Below, one piece after another: positions 40,331 through 53,566 of a DNA stretch of 64,000 nucleotides. The stretch spans positions 21,204,001 through 21,268,000 of the forward strand of contig OX597819.1 of NCBI GenBank assembly GCA_951406725.2. The letters run 5' to 3'. A program made the position numbers and the translations under genes. The stretch's first letter is position 1; the number at the start of each line of letters is the position of its first letter. The DNA is from Octopus vulgaris (taxonomy: Eukaryota). The notes beneath the pieces are model-generated. The model searched no databases, had not been told where the DNA came from, and saw only the letters and a list, made by a program, of their open reading frames with translations.

Positions 40331-41055
40331 TTTCAGAATTTGTCGGAGCAACTGAAATCGGTTTCTACCACAACAACCACGGTAACAATAACAACAACCA
40401 CCATAACAATGGCTACGACACGGACACCAACAACAACGATGATGTTAAAAATGATTGCTTCAAAGTTACAATCACACATTACTAACATACAAGAAAACAT
40501 TTGGATAAAATCGATCTCAGACAGAATGATATTTTTAACCCTTCACAACTAGTTTAATTTTACTAAATCACTTAATAAGAATAATAATAAAATTTACGTC
40601 GCACCATCTACGTACTGGTCCCTAGTTGGAGACAAAGCTGGATTATACATTTGTGTGTGTGTGTGTGAGTTTGTGTGTGTGTGTGTAGGCATAACGATTT
40701 TAAATATAACTTTTTTCTCTCATTATTACGCTCCCAATGATATTGCTAATCCCATAAAGCGAGCCAAGCTTCCACCACGATCTAAGTTCAATTACCTCCT
40801 GGCTGTCATTAACTTCTGACAAATATTTCATTTTAATACTCAGTGTCTCATTGCGTCGCTTAAAACAATGATACGAAATATCTACACAGAAAAACACGCA
40901 CACAAGCACTCACACACACACAAACAGAGAGACCCACAGTCACATATACACTTGACACCCATTCACACGCACTCCTACTCTGATAATGCCAGACAGAATC
41001 ACACATTGACATGTAACAAAAGTATCTCCTTTGTATAACGTATATGTCTGTGTGC

Positions 41056-41089
<34 letters not shown>

Positions 41090-41162
41090 ATGCATATATA
41101 TATGTATATATATAAATATATAAATATATGTGTGTGTGTATACATATATATATATATATATA

Positions 41163-41195
<33 letters not shown>

Positions 41196-41279
41196 CTGTG
41201 TGTGTGTGTATATACATATATATATGTATATATATATATATATGTGTGTGTATATACATATATATATATATGTATATAT

Positions 41280-41310
<31 letters not shown>

Positions 41311-41387
41311 TATGTATGTATGTATGCATATGATTTATATATATATATATATATACTTATGCACATTTAGATATATGTATGTATGTG

Positions 41388-41446
<59 letters not shown>

Positions 41447-41461
41447 ATGTATGTGTGTATG

Positions 41462-41498
<37 letters not shown>

Positions 41499-41793
41499 AT
41501 GTATGTGTGTATGTATATGTGTGTGTGTGTGTATATATATGTATACATATGTGTATAGGTATAAGTGAGAATCTCCTTATTTACCTAAAACTCGATTCTT
41601 TTATATATTTTTATATATTTTTTTATTCTTTTTTTTTATTCTTTTATTTATTCTTTTATCTAATTTACCACTGACTCCTTGACCACTCCCCCAAGTATGA
41701 TATTTTGCGCTATGCCTACCCCCAAAAAGTCCCCCACCACCACCCCTTTAAACCTGCCTAAATGTATAAATGCCAATACAATTCTTGTTAACT

Positions 41794-41844
41794 AGCTTCC
41801 TGAAGATTTCTCTTGAATGAAACAATTCTAGTCCTGTAGAAGCT
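41794..41844 (+). ncRNA. Type I hammerhead ribozyme motif in a Penelope-like pLTR (~41560-41930)
   Basis: Stem I AGCUUC/GAAGCU (6 bp), core CUGAAGA (41800-41806), short stem II UUC-ucuu-GAA, GAAA (41819-41822), stem III ACA..UGU, cleavage triplet GUA (after 41838). AATAAA lies just downstream. Confidence 0.72.
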
Positions 41845-41924
41845 CCTTCTATATAATAAATTAATTTTACTCTGCTATGTATTGAGTACCTTATTTACTG
41901 TGGTTAACCCCGAATCAACCCGGG

Positions 41925-41963
<39 letters not shown>

Positions 41964-41998
41964 TATATATATATACATATATATATGTATATATACAC

Positions 41999-42029
<31 letters not shown>

Positions 42030-42144
42030 TATATATATATATACACATATATATATACACACACATATATATATACACACACATATATATATACACACAT
42101 ATATATATATACACACATATATATATACATATATATATATACAC

Positions 42145-42222
<78 letters not shown>

Positions 42223-42357
42223 AATGCATACATACATACATACATATATGTACATACCTACATCTATACGTATGTATGCATATGTTTTATTTATTAAAAT
42301 GTTATCATATGACTGAACGCCTCGCGTTGTCTCTTATTCTCCAAGTATGTTTTTATC

Positions 42358-42415
<58 letters not shown>

Positions 42416-42878
42416 ATGTATGTATATATATATAGATAGATAATTATATATACATGCATAGATATATGTATATAATTATATATATTTATAGATATACACA
42501 TAGAAGGCAGGGATACACACGCAGACATATTTTTGTGTGTCTGTTTATCTGAATATATGTACGTATATAAGTGGGGTATGGGTAATTTTCCTCTATATTA
42601 AATTTTTTTTTTTTTGAAAACTAATCAATAGCAATGCTATCTTTCACTTATTTCTTCATCAACCTCTTTGACGTTTAGGTCGGAAGTCAGAAACGTAATT
42701 TTATAGGCGGGATGAGGATGGATGATTTCAAAACAAAAACTGTCACCCTAATTTGACACTGCTAAATCACCAATAATTTATCAATCATCTCAAAGAAGTG
42801 TAAATATATATATTTTTTAAATGCTATACGTCTACATTTCTAATGTCTATATACACACCACACAGCCACTCCTGCGCC

Positions 42879-42972
<94 letters not shown>

Positions 42973-42974
42973 CC

Positions 42975-43333
42975 TTTCTCTCTCTATTTTACTTGTTTCA
43001 GTCATTTGACTGCGGCCATGCTGCAGCACCGCCTTTAGTCGAGCAAATCGACCCCAGGACTTATTCTTTGCAAGCCTAGTACTTATTCTATCAGTCTCTT
43101 TTGCCGAACGGCTAAGTCACGGGCACGTAAATACACCAGCATCGGTTGTCAAGCGATATTGGGGGAATAAACACAGACATACAAGCATATATACGACAGG
43201 CCTCTTCCTGTTTCCGTCTACCAAATCCACTCACAAGGTTTTGGTCGGTCCGAGGCTATAGTATAAGTGGGAATGAACCCGGAACCGTATGGTTGGTAAG
43301 CAAGCTACTTACCACACAACCACTCCTGCGCCT
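42975..43333 (-). mobile_element. SINE family A copy, plus an isolated head fragment at 42855-42880
   Basis: Reverse complement of 8203-8629 with an internal deletion. Confidence 0.9.
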
Positions 43334-43397
43334 ATATATATATATATATATACATATATATATTTATCAAAAGAAAAAACAGGATGCAAAGGATTTT

Positions 43398-43484
43398 GCG
43401 GTAGATATGTTTCTGGCTTTATTGAGCAATTTATATCAATGCATAATTGATATAACAAGTAAGTCAAAAGCCTTCTTCGGCCGC
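43398..43484 (-). ncRNA. Decayed hammerhead ribozyme motif with long stem II
   Basis: GCGG-CCGAAGA-AGGCUUU..(UUAUAUCAAU/AUUGAUAUAA hairpin)..AAAGCCA-GAAAC-AUAU-CUA-CCGC. Stem I is perfect (4 bp); there are two departures from consensus (U4>C, and GUA>CUA breaking the stem III pair). Confidence 0.6.
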
Positions 43485-43659
43485 GTACAATTACCACACC
43501 GAAGACATGTATTACATTATAGCAGGTTTGAGAGGAAGTTTGGGAAAAAAACGAGTTACATTGGGAAGGTAAATCCTCATAGTCGTCTATAGCATAGCGA
43601 GACACCAAAACAAAACGTCCATACCGCTTTTTCAGTCGACAAGGAATGAGGTGGGTTGG

Positions 43660-43730
<71 letters not shown>

Positions 43731-44124
43731 TATATATATATATATATATATATAACATTCTATTTAAACTGTATGATATTAATTCATTGAGATATTTCAA
43801 GTTGATCTGGTACTTATTTCTTTCCCTTTTCTATTACTTATATCAATGTAATCTCTCTCTCTCTTTCCCTTTCTCTGTCTCCCTCTCTCTCTCGCTCTCT
43901 CAGACACACACACACACACACACACACCCATTCACACTATGTAACCCTTTCCCTCTCTCTCTCCGTCTCCCTTCTCTCCCATTTTTTATCCTCGTGCCTT
44001 TCTTTCATGCTCTCTTTCTCTATTTTTCTCTAATTCCTTCACGCTTTATCAAGTGAACCCAAGTCGTACAGACATAATACCACAACACTTTTTACTTCTT
44101 TGTTTCTCTCTTAAAATATTTACG

Positions 44125-44358
44125 CGCTCAGAATACTTATGAGTTGAGACTGTGTCTCAAAACCATGGCCTTCACTGCAGAGCTTGCGTAGACGGATGAA
44201 TTCGGAGTAGGGGGTGGGGCAGAGCTTGGTGTGAATTGGGTGGGATGAGGAGAAGTTAAGGTAGGAGTGTGAGTCGGTGTGTTTGTAGTGGATGAGTGTA
44301 GTGAGGGCTGAGTGGTGAATGCTGACAGAAATGTCGAGAAATTCCATGGAAGAGTTAC
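44125..44358 (-). mobile_element. Penelope-like element reverse transcriptase C-terminal fragment
   Basis: FLDISV..IHYKHTDSHSYLNFSSSHPIHTK..PYSEFIRLRKLCS matches the PLE pattern FLD..YxKPT...YL...S.HP...K..IPY.Q..R..RICS. Confidence 0.88.
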
Positions 44359-44477
44359 AATGTGTATGTGTGTTTGTGTGTGGAGAGAGAGAGAGAGAAT
44401 GAGAGAGAGAAGAGAGAGAGAGATAAAGCAAATAACATGAAAGTTGGTCTTTCTTTTATGTCATCTATTTCCTGTTA

Positions 44478-44620
44478 GGACGCATGGTCATGTGGTTAGT
44501 GTGTTGCTCTCACGATCACGAGATCGTGGTTTCAATTCCTGGACGGTGTGGTATATTATGTTCTTGAATGAAACGTCTCATTTCACGTCGCGCTACGATC
44601 ATTGGGGTACCTGACCCGTG
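44478..44620 (+). mobile_element. Old tRNA-derived SINE head
   Basis: TGGTCATGTGGTTAG..GGTTTCAATTCC A/B boxes; a related minus-strand relic lies at ~46800-46998. Confidence 0.55.
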
Positions 44621-44767
44621 CCATTACTTGATTCTACTCAGGCAACGTCAATGTGGTAAAGGGAGAGAGCTAATGTACAGCACATTCTCCTGATCGCCAA
44701 AAATAATGAATACGTTTGGCCAAAAATAATGAATACGCAGAGGTCGTCCTCGACGGGACAGGACATG

Positions 44768-45150
44768 ATGGAGTGGCTGTGTGGTAAGTAGCTTGCTTAC
44801 CAGCCACATGCTTCCGGGTTCAGTCCCACTGCGTGTCATCTTGGGCAAGCGTCTTCTGCTATAGCCTCTGGCTGACCAAAGCCTTTGGTAGACGGAAACT
44901 GAAAGAAGCTCGTCGTATATATGTATATATATGTGTGTGTGTATGTTTGTGTGTCTGTGTTTGTCCCCCCAACATCGCTTGACAACCGATGCTGGTGTGT
45001 TTACGTCGCCGTCACCTAGCGGTTCGACAAAAGAGACTGATAGAATAAGTCCTGGGCTTACAAAGAATAAGTCCCGGGGTCGATTTGCTCGAATAAATGC
45101 GGTGCTGCAGCATGGCCACAGTCAAATGACTGAAATAAGTAAAAGAGTAA
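44768..45150 (+). mobile_element. SINE family A copy
   Basis: Colinear with 8203-8629. Confidence 0.92.
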
Positions 45151-45455
45151 CACATACACACACATACACACCACACTCACACATTATATAAACATATAAC
45201 AGATTATAGATGCACGACAAATTACCGTCTTCGTTATACTTCTTGATAGCTTCTATGTTAAATAATCTCTGTTTTATAATCCGGTAGCTAAACATGCATC
45301 TACTGCAGGGCTATTACGCAGAACTAAGACCGCAGGCACTATATGAGATTAACAGAAAACAGATTCATGAAGGTTATAACAACTTCATCTGTCATGTTAT
45401 TCTCTCACTCACTCATTCTCTCTCTGCCTCTCACTCTCTCTCTCTCACAGACACA

Positions 45456-45527
<72 letters not shown>

Positions 45528-46008
45528 AGCGTTAGTAGTAACCGACTAAGGGATAAAATAACCGTATATACTATCAGTATCCGTTACCTGCTTTGCACCC
45601 ACTTTTGTTTATAACTTTAATGATTAGATTTAATTAGAAATTTTACTCTCCTATATTGGGTCATTTATTTTTGCATTTGGGGATTACTTAGAACACTGCT
45701 GTCATCGAGGGCGTTTCCTTATTTGATAATATTTTAGCATGTAACTTGGCCTTAAATATTATCCGCCCAACTTAAAATGCCATTTTAAGCTCTGCATTGA
45801 ATTTCTGGCCTACCTGTTGCCTCCCCTTAACCAATAACTTGCTATACCGTTAACCAATAACTTGCTATACCGTTTAGATGCTGAAGGACATAAGTGGCCC
45901 TTAAATTCTTCTCATTGTTTTATCTCCTTTACAAGAGACAAACATAGACACACACGAAAACACATATATGTATGCACGTATTTTTATGTGTATATATGTG
46001 TATATATA

Positions 46009-46380
46009 TCGGTTACGACGATGAGGGTTCCGGTTGATCCGACCAACGGAACAGCCTGCTCGTGAAATTAACGTGTAAGTGGCTGAGCACTCCACAGACA
46101 CGTGTACCCTTAACGTAGTTCTCGGGGATATTCAGCGTGACACAGAGAGTGACAAGGCCGGCCCTTTGAAATACAGGTACAACAGCAACAGGAAGAAAGA
46201 GTGAGAGAAAGTTGTGGTGAAAGAGTACAGCAGGGATCACCACCATCCCCTGCCGGAGCCTCGTGGAGCTTTTAGGTGTTTTCGCTCAATAAACACTCAC
46301 AACGCCCGGTCTGGGAATCGAAACCACGATCCTACGACCGCGAGTCCGCTGCCCTAACCACTGGGCCATTGCGCCTCCAC
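46009..46380 (-). mobile_element. tRNA(Arg)-like SINE family B, full length
   Basis: Near-identical to 57111-57496; the tRNA-like head has TCG at the anticodon position. Confidence 0.92.
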
Positions 46381-47628
46381 ATGCATAATATACATACACA
46401 CACATACATACACATACATATAGTATTCCCATCGAGATCGTCGTCGGAGCAGTATGTAACAAAGTATAAAATACATTTCTGAAAATCTAATAACTTAAAA
46501 TGAAATTAGAATGGATATAATGCTGATAAAATATAAACAGCAAAAAATGCTTCAAATTAGCTAAATTGAATAAAATTAATTATAGCAAATTTACTGCAAT
46601 AACAGTCGTTGTAACTGAACTCACAAATGTGGTTTCAGATGTTACATTTTGATCCTTGTATGTTATATCCATATTTTTGTAGTTTTGCTCTTTTCTTTTT
46701 GCTGTGAATCTCAGCATTTAAACCTTCAGCGGAATGAAAGGAACTTGCTGAATTTTTCATTTCTTGCAGACAGTATAGTAAAGTATGTAAAGACCGTTTC
46801 GTTGCCAAGAGTCATGGGGCCGGTTACCATGCTTCTGTGACCGAGATCAGACAATTACCTTAAGTGGGCGCCAGAGTATAAGAGGGTCACTCGTCTGCGC
46901 TTGCACGGACGGGGGCAACGTAAAATGGCGTGTTTTGCTTAAGAAGAGAATGCGATCGTGAAACAGTATGGTGTCATCAGCGCCACGCGCCTTCACAATT
47001 CAAACAATAAAGGACAGAACGTTTTTGATGTAATCTTCTTTTCAAAGACCCGCAAACACTCTCATACATGTGTAGGAAATATTTTCAAGATCATAGATAC
47101 GCAAAATTGAGATGTCGCGTTCGTGGCATCGTCTTGTTGTCATAGTGAAGCATAGGGGAATTTGAAATTTAATGAGTGCTTGAATACCCGCAACAAACTT
47201 GTATTTTGTTGATGTTGTTAAATTCTAAAGGAACAACATAACTATTCGAGCCCTTATATAAACGTAACCCGAAATTACTTCTCAAGAATAACCCACGTAA
47301 CCAAATTGTTAGCTTAAAAATCGTATTCAGCAGAGAATTGTGTGTGTGTGCGCGCGTGAGAGAGAAAGATAGCAGGGGGTGGTTGTGCGTGTATGCATAT
47401 ATATATATATTATTTATTACATGCTAGATTAAATTCTATAGATACATCTTTTACGATAGTTGACTTATAGAAATATTACAACGTCAAATTTTTGTAATGC
47501 AAAAAGGTAAATGAAAATAAAGTTTATTTAGTAGCCGAACGATTACTGAATCTTTTGATACCCCATACGTCAAAATCGGCTACCAAGTTTTCGAATGCAT
47601 AAGAACACACGCACACACGCAACTCTGC

Positions 47629-47690
<62 letters not shown>

Positions 47691-47693
<3 letters not shown>

Positions 47694-48030
47694 AGCATAC
47701 CACGTTGAGCGAGCACATAAATAGCAACATCATCAGAAAGAAGTCCGGCATGAGAGATGTCATCGCAGAGTATACTCGCAGCAAGTATAGATGGGCTGGA
47801 CACGTCGCCCGGCTCACCAATAATCGGTGGACGCACACTGTTATCGAGTGGTACCCACGTGAGCGGAAAAGACGACCCGGAAGACCTCCACGACGGTGGA
47901 TTGACGATTTCAAGAGGACGATTGGGATCACGTGGATGAGAAAGGCGCGATCCAGAGAGGAGTGGACAGCGTGCTGTGACCAGCGGTGTCAAATGGACGC
48001 CTGACAGACTGGTCGGTCAAAGTGATCAAA

Positions 48031-48034
<4 letters not shown>
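47691..48034 (+). mobile_element. RTE-clade LINE 3' end (344 bp), copy 1
   Basis: KYRWAGHVAR..RW..W.P...R..GRP..RW.D motif of RTE C-termini; tail (TCAAAGTGA)2, then (TA)n. Confidence 0.93.
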
Positions 48035-48086
<52 letters not shown>

Positions 48087-48089
<3 letters not shown>

Positions 48090-48430
48090 AGCATACCACG
48101 TTGAGCGAGCACATAAATAGCAACATCATCAGAAAGAAGTCCGGCGTGAGAGATGTCATCGCAGAGTATACTCGCAGCAAGTATAGATGGGCTGGACACG
48201 TCGCCCGGCTCACCAATAATCGGTGGACGCACACTGTTATCGAGTGGTACCCACGTGAGCGGAAAAGACGACCCGGAAGACCTCCACGACGGTGGATTGA
48301 CGATTTCAAGAGGACGATTGGGATCACGTGGATGAGAAAGGCGCGATCCAGAGAGGAGTGGACAGCGTGCTGTGACCAGCGGTGTCAAATGGACGCCTGA
48401 CAGACTGGTCGGTCAAAGTGATCAAAGTGA
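48087..48430 (+). mobile_element. RTE-clade LINE 3' end (344 bp), copy 2
   Basis: Same start and end as copy 1; I see one substitution (47750 A vs 48146 G). Confidence 0.93.
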
Positions 48431-49101
48431 TATATATATATATACATATATTTGGTGATGTTAATGCATGTGGACGCACTATTTCGTTCTATTTCACAGC
48501 GTTGTTTGCCACTTAATATGAAACAGGCCATACTAAACACATATCACCAGATACCACCACACCATCAAAAGCCTTATGTGGAAAAAAAAGAATAAAAGAA
48601 TAAATACTAAATAAATGACTTCTCTTTGCCTCAACTCTGCTAGTAATGTTCTAATTCTATGTCTTCCGATCGCTGTAGCTACAGCAGAATCATCTCTGCC
48701 AGTCGAGTCGGCTGCTACAATAATCAAAGCTAAAAAAGATTTCCGGTGAAATCATCTTTGTACTTATGGAAGCATTTAAAGATATTATCGTTGTTCTTAT
48801 CTCTTTTTTGTCTAAAGATTCTTCTTACTCATCATTTACTTCATATCATTAATATAGCACGTATTGCAAAACTATACGAATATGTATATCTAGAAATAAA
48901 AAAACGAAAAACGAAAAAATAACAACAACAACTCGTACACCAGCAGCAGCAGGAACAGGATTGAAGAGAACCAGGAGAAGAGGAAAACAAGTAACATAGT
49001 GCGAGACCCATTTTATCGTAGCATTTACCTATTTTCTATATTCTTCGTCTTATAATTATTGGGCAAATATCAAAATATTCCTGTATGCGAATACACACAC
49101 G

Positions 49102-49166
<65 letters not shown>

Positions 49167-49489
49167 GCGCGCGTACATGCGCACACACACACACATACAC
49201 GTATACACACGTACATGCACACACACAGACACGTATACGCACGTACATGCGCACACATGTCTGGTTATGTGCGTCTGCGTCGAAATATGAATATCTGTTA
49301 CTTCACATATAAGCCGAGTGCAATGTAGATATGTGTCTATGTATATACGTATGTAGATATAAATAATATTTTAAATCCTGAACTTCATCTTTCAGTCTCT
49401 CTTGTCGAGTATCTAAGTTACAGCTGTCATAAACAAATCAAAACCTACTGGTGGTAAGCGGTGGTGGATGACACAAGAATATATATATA

Positions 49490-49684
49490 TAGTTGGAATT
49501 TACAAGAAAACAAAACAAAAGACGAGGACAGGTGTGTAAACAACAAACAGATGTTTGATGTTTTAGTTTAACGCTCGGGAAGTGAGAAAGACTTTTACGT
49601 TTCGAGCCTACGCACTTCGACAGAAAGCAACACAGAAATATGCAGAGAGAGAAAGTAAAAAAGATTTAGTAGCTAGCGATCAAC

Positions 49685-49686
<2 letters not shown>
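49490..49686 (-). mobile_element. Penelope-like pLTR family E copy with variant minimal hammerhead at 49591-49628
   Basis: Minus strand reads GCUUU-CUGUCGA-AGUGC-guag-GCUC-GAAAC-GUA-AAAGU; homologous to 21575-21782. Confidence 0.72.
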
Positions 49687-49744
<58 letters not shown>

Positions 49745-49748
<4 letters not shown>

Positions 49749-49930
49749 TCCTTGTTTTGTATGTCCTGTACTCTATTTTTTCGTTGTTTAAGAAAAATGT
49801 CCAGTGCCTTGGTTTCTCATTGTGTTCAACGGTTTTTTTTGTGTCATGTACCCATATATGCATGTATATATACATGTAGAGGTAGGTACGTACATACATG
49901 TATGTATATATGCATATATTTTATTTATTA
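49745..49930 (+). mobile_element. Family D repeat copy
   Basis: Homologous to 20500-20730. Confidence 0.7.
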
Positions 49931-51559
49931 ATTTATTATATATATATATATATATATATTTGTTTGCTCTATATTGTGTTACAAAAAACAGCAAACAGCC
50001 ATCGAATTATTGCAGCTAAATACAAGTAAACGAAATACGAAATAAGTAGAATGAGATAAACTTTTAAACCATTCAGTACTTTTAGCCTATTTTAGTAACT
50101 GCAGAAACTTGAGAAAATTCAGATACAGAATTAAATTTCATATGGTTATGAGCAATCTACCTTTATGAGAAACTGATATTTTCATTTTCATTTTTCCAGT
50201 AGATCTTGTCAAACAAACTATATTCATGACGACTAATAGTCAGTGTCCTTTTGTGGCCGAGAGATACTTGGAAATATCGTTGCAAGACATCTACTTGTAC
50301 ACATATACGAACACACACTCGCAAACTCACGCACACGAAATGGCGCACGAACGTGTACACACACACATAAACATAACTATGCGCATAAACATAACCAGAT
50401 ACTTTAAACACGTATACTAGTTCACAGAAACGTACATGCATATACGCATATGGTTATTTGCTTGGGTATATATGTGTATATATATCTGAGAGTCTATATG
50501 CATATTAATACATACATTACATACCTACATAGATATGTGTGTGTATATATACCCACATACACACATTATATATATATATGTATATATATATATAAATATA
50601 ATATGTATACATAGATATATCGACGTTTGTATATAAGTGTGTACACATATATATGTACACACACACATATATATATACATGTATATATATATATATATAT
50701 ATATGAACATATATAGAAATATATATATATATATATGAACATATATAGAAATATATAAGGTTTAACGGATCAAAGGCTAACCTACATAATGGTTTAAAAG
50801 GCCACAAACCGAAATATAAAAAAACGACGTACAATATAAGGATAAAATAATTAAATATAAGTGGGGAAATAAATCTCTATAATATCAATAATTGAAACAG
50901 ATTCTCCTGTGTAATATTATTTGTCTGTTCTTCTTTCATTTGTAACTTGTAACAATATATATTACCCTACTAGTTCTTTACCCGAACACCGTCCTTCCAT
51001 TTCCATCTCTTCTAGAGCTATTATAATAAATACTTATAGCTAGCTATAGAATAATAGTCACACAGCTTCCAAAGGACGAACGCAATCTCATAAATACACA
51101 CATCTACACACAAACGCACACACGTGTATATATACATTTTTAGATAAGTAAATATATATATGTATATATATATATATATGTATGTGTATGTGTGTGGTTC
51201 TGTACACTCAAACACATACACATGAGCACACACATATACATGTTTACATATACACACATATATATAGACACACAGATACACACACTCACTCATATATATA
51301 TATGTTCGTATGTATGTAGGGATATATGTATCAATTGGTGTTTGGTAGACATGTTCGTGTGCTCATATGATTTTTTTCTGATTGTGTCTGTGATATGAAA
51401 GTCTATCAAACTCTACATCTGACCTATTTCCTCTAATTTATCATATGTAGGGTACCCACCGCTACACGATATAATTGTTGCAGTATATTACGCATCCTCC
51501 ACTGTCATATGCACTCAGCTTTCCAAACCAATATATCGCCATCGCCTATATTGCCAAAC

Positions 51560-51715
51560 CACTATCGTCGTTGTCGTCGCCATCATCATCATCATCATAA
51601 TCATCATCGACGTCGTCATCGTCATCCGCAAGCTCTTCATTATCACCATTACCTCCAGCCGCATCATCATCATCGTTATCTTCTTCATCAGCATCAGCAT
51701 CACCAGCACCAGCAA

Positions 51716-51773
<58 letters not shown>

Positions 51774-51960
51774 GTCGTCGTCGTCGTCGTCGTCGTCATC
51801 GTCATCCGCAAGCTCTTCATTATCACCATTACCTCCAGCCGCATCATCGTCATCGTTATCTTCTTCATCACCATCAGCATCACCAGCACCAGCAACTCCA
51901 TCATCATCATCATCATCATCACCAGCAGCAGCAGCAGCAGCAGCATCACCAGCATCACAT
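51560..51960. repeat. (CAT)n/(CGT)n/(CAG)n compound tract with an internal 180-bp-period duplication
   Basis: CGTCGTCATCGTCATCCGCAAGCTCTTCATTATCACC starts at 51611 and 51791. Confidence 0.92.
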
Positions 51961-53269
51961 TCATCTTATTCTTATCACCGATGTTGTCGTTACCTTCACC
52001 GATTTCGTAGGTGATTGTCCGTACGAAATTCTACGAATGGTAATATGAAGTCACGACGGTGAACTGGTGGAATCGTTAGCATGCTAAACAAAATATTTTG
52101 CGGCATTGTTTCAAACAATAACACGCTTTATTTCTCATAGGGCCAAATCTGACACATTTCCGTTACTATAAATCATTAATCTCGCAGGAATCAACTCATC
52201 ATTGGAGGGTAAGTAATGACCGACTCTACATCTGAAAGAACTCTACTTTTGTTTCCTCAATTAGGAATTTTTATTAGAATCGTTAGCTAGGCGGAGAAAA
52301 TGCTTAGCGACATATCCTCGGCCATTACAGTCTTAATTCATATTGTGCCAAGGTCAAGTTTAACTTCCATCTTGCCAGATTTCAATAAAAGAATCGCCAT
52401 TTCCTCATTAAGGTCCATATAATCTTCTGTCTCTTTCCGCAAACTTTCAGGCTTTGTGCCTCTGCTAGATACGATTATTAATTTTTGAATACACAATGGG
52501 TTTATACTTATATTAATTGGAGAAATAGTTATTTCCGAAACATACCGCAAATCTTTCTTTGTCCTTGATAATTTTCCAAAAGGGTTCAATAAAATAGAAA
52601 ATATTCTAATTTCAAAATAACGATTTGTAATTACATCGAGTCAGCTTACAATTACGTATGTTACTCTTATTTTTGTGCCTTCATTTCTTTCCGAGCATAC
52701 TGTTTGATGTATTTTTGATGATTAAAATGTCATTCTGATATTTAAGTATTTCTAAAGTTATTTTCTTTTTTTTTTTCTAATTTCTTATTGCATAAAATAG
52801 TCTGGATCTTCAGGAGAAATATCGTTAATGGGAATATATATTTCTTACATATACCAGAAATGTCTATTCGTTAAAAGTTTAGAAAATGCGTCAATGGATA
52901 AAGAACATTTCCAAATTTCTGAGTAATAATCTATAAATTATTAATATACACTTGCAATTACTCAACGTTCAAAATATTTGATAACAGATTCAGAAGGGAG
53001 CTGAAGTTAACCCAAAATGATATAGTATTTCAGTTTAAAATGTTCTAGAATTTTTGGCATGCAAAATTAGACTCCATCTGTTTGAAAATAGTGGCAACAT
53101 CGATACGTAGAGCTCGCACACTGTACACTCTATCTGCTAATAAAAGACTAGATGTGGTTATAAAATTGTAGCTTCATAATTCGTGAGAAACAAGAAACCC
53201 TGTTCTTTACATTAGCCATGCTGAAGTACACCTTGACTGATTTGTTATTTTAACGAACCCAGCTCCAAA

Positions 53270-53566
53270 CGGACGCATAGCATGGTCCGACCAACGCCTT
53301 GGGAGTGGAGTTGATGAACGGAGACTAACAGAATCCCATCCTATATAAATATTTATTTATTTGTGTGTGTGTTGACTCTGCTTGTCCACCCCCATCCTCG
53401 CTTCACAGCTGATATTTGTGTGTTCACGTCCCCGAAACTTTGCGGTTCAAAAAATATAATTGATAGAATAATTACCAGGCTTACATAGAATAAATCCTGG
53501 GGTCCTTCGAATAATTGTGTTGTTCCAGTATGGCCACAGTCAAATGATTGAAACAAGTAAATAAAA
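53270..53566 (+). mobile_element. SINE family A, old diverged copy
   Basis: CCGACCAACGCCTTGGGAGTGG..GATAGAATAATTACCAGGCTTAC..GTCAAATGATTGAAACAAGTAAA. Confidence 0.75.

Noticed and set aside
45827-45873. 23-bp tandem duplication (also 16-bp units at ~13920-13960)
   Set aside because: Ordinary local slippage duplications with no further structure.
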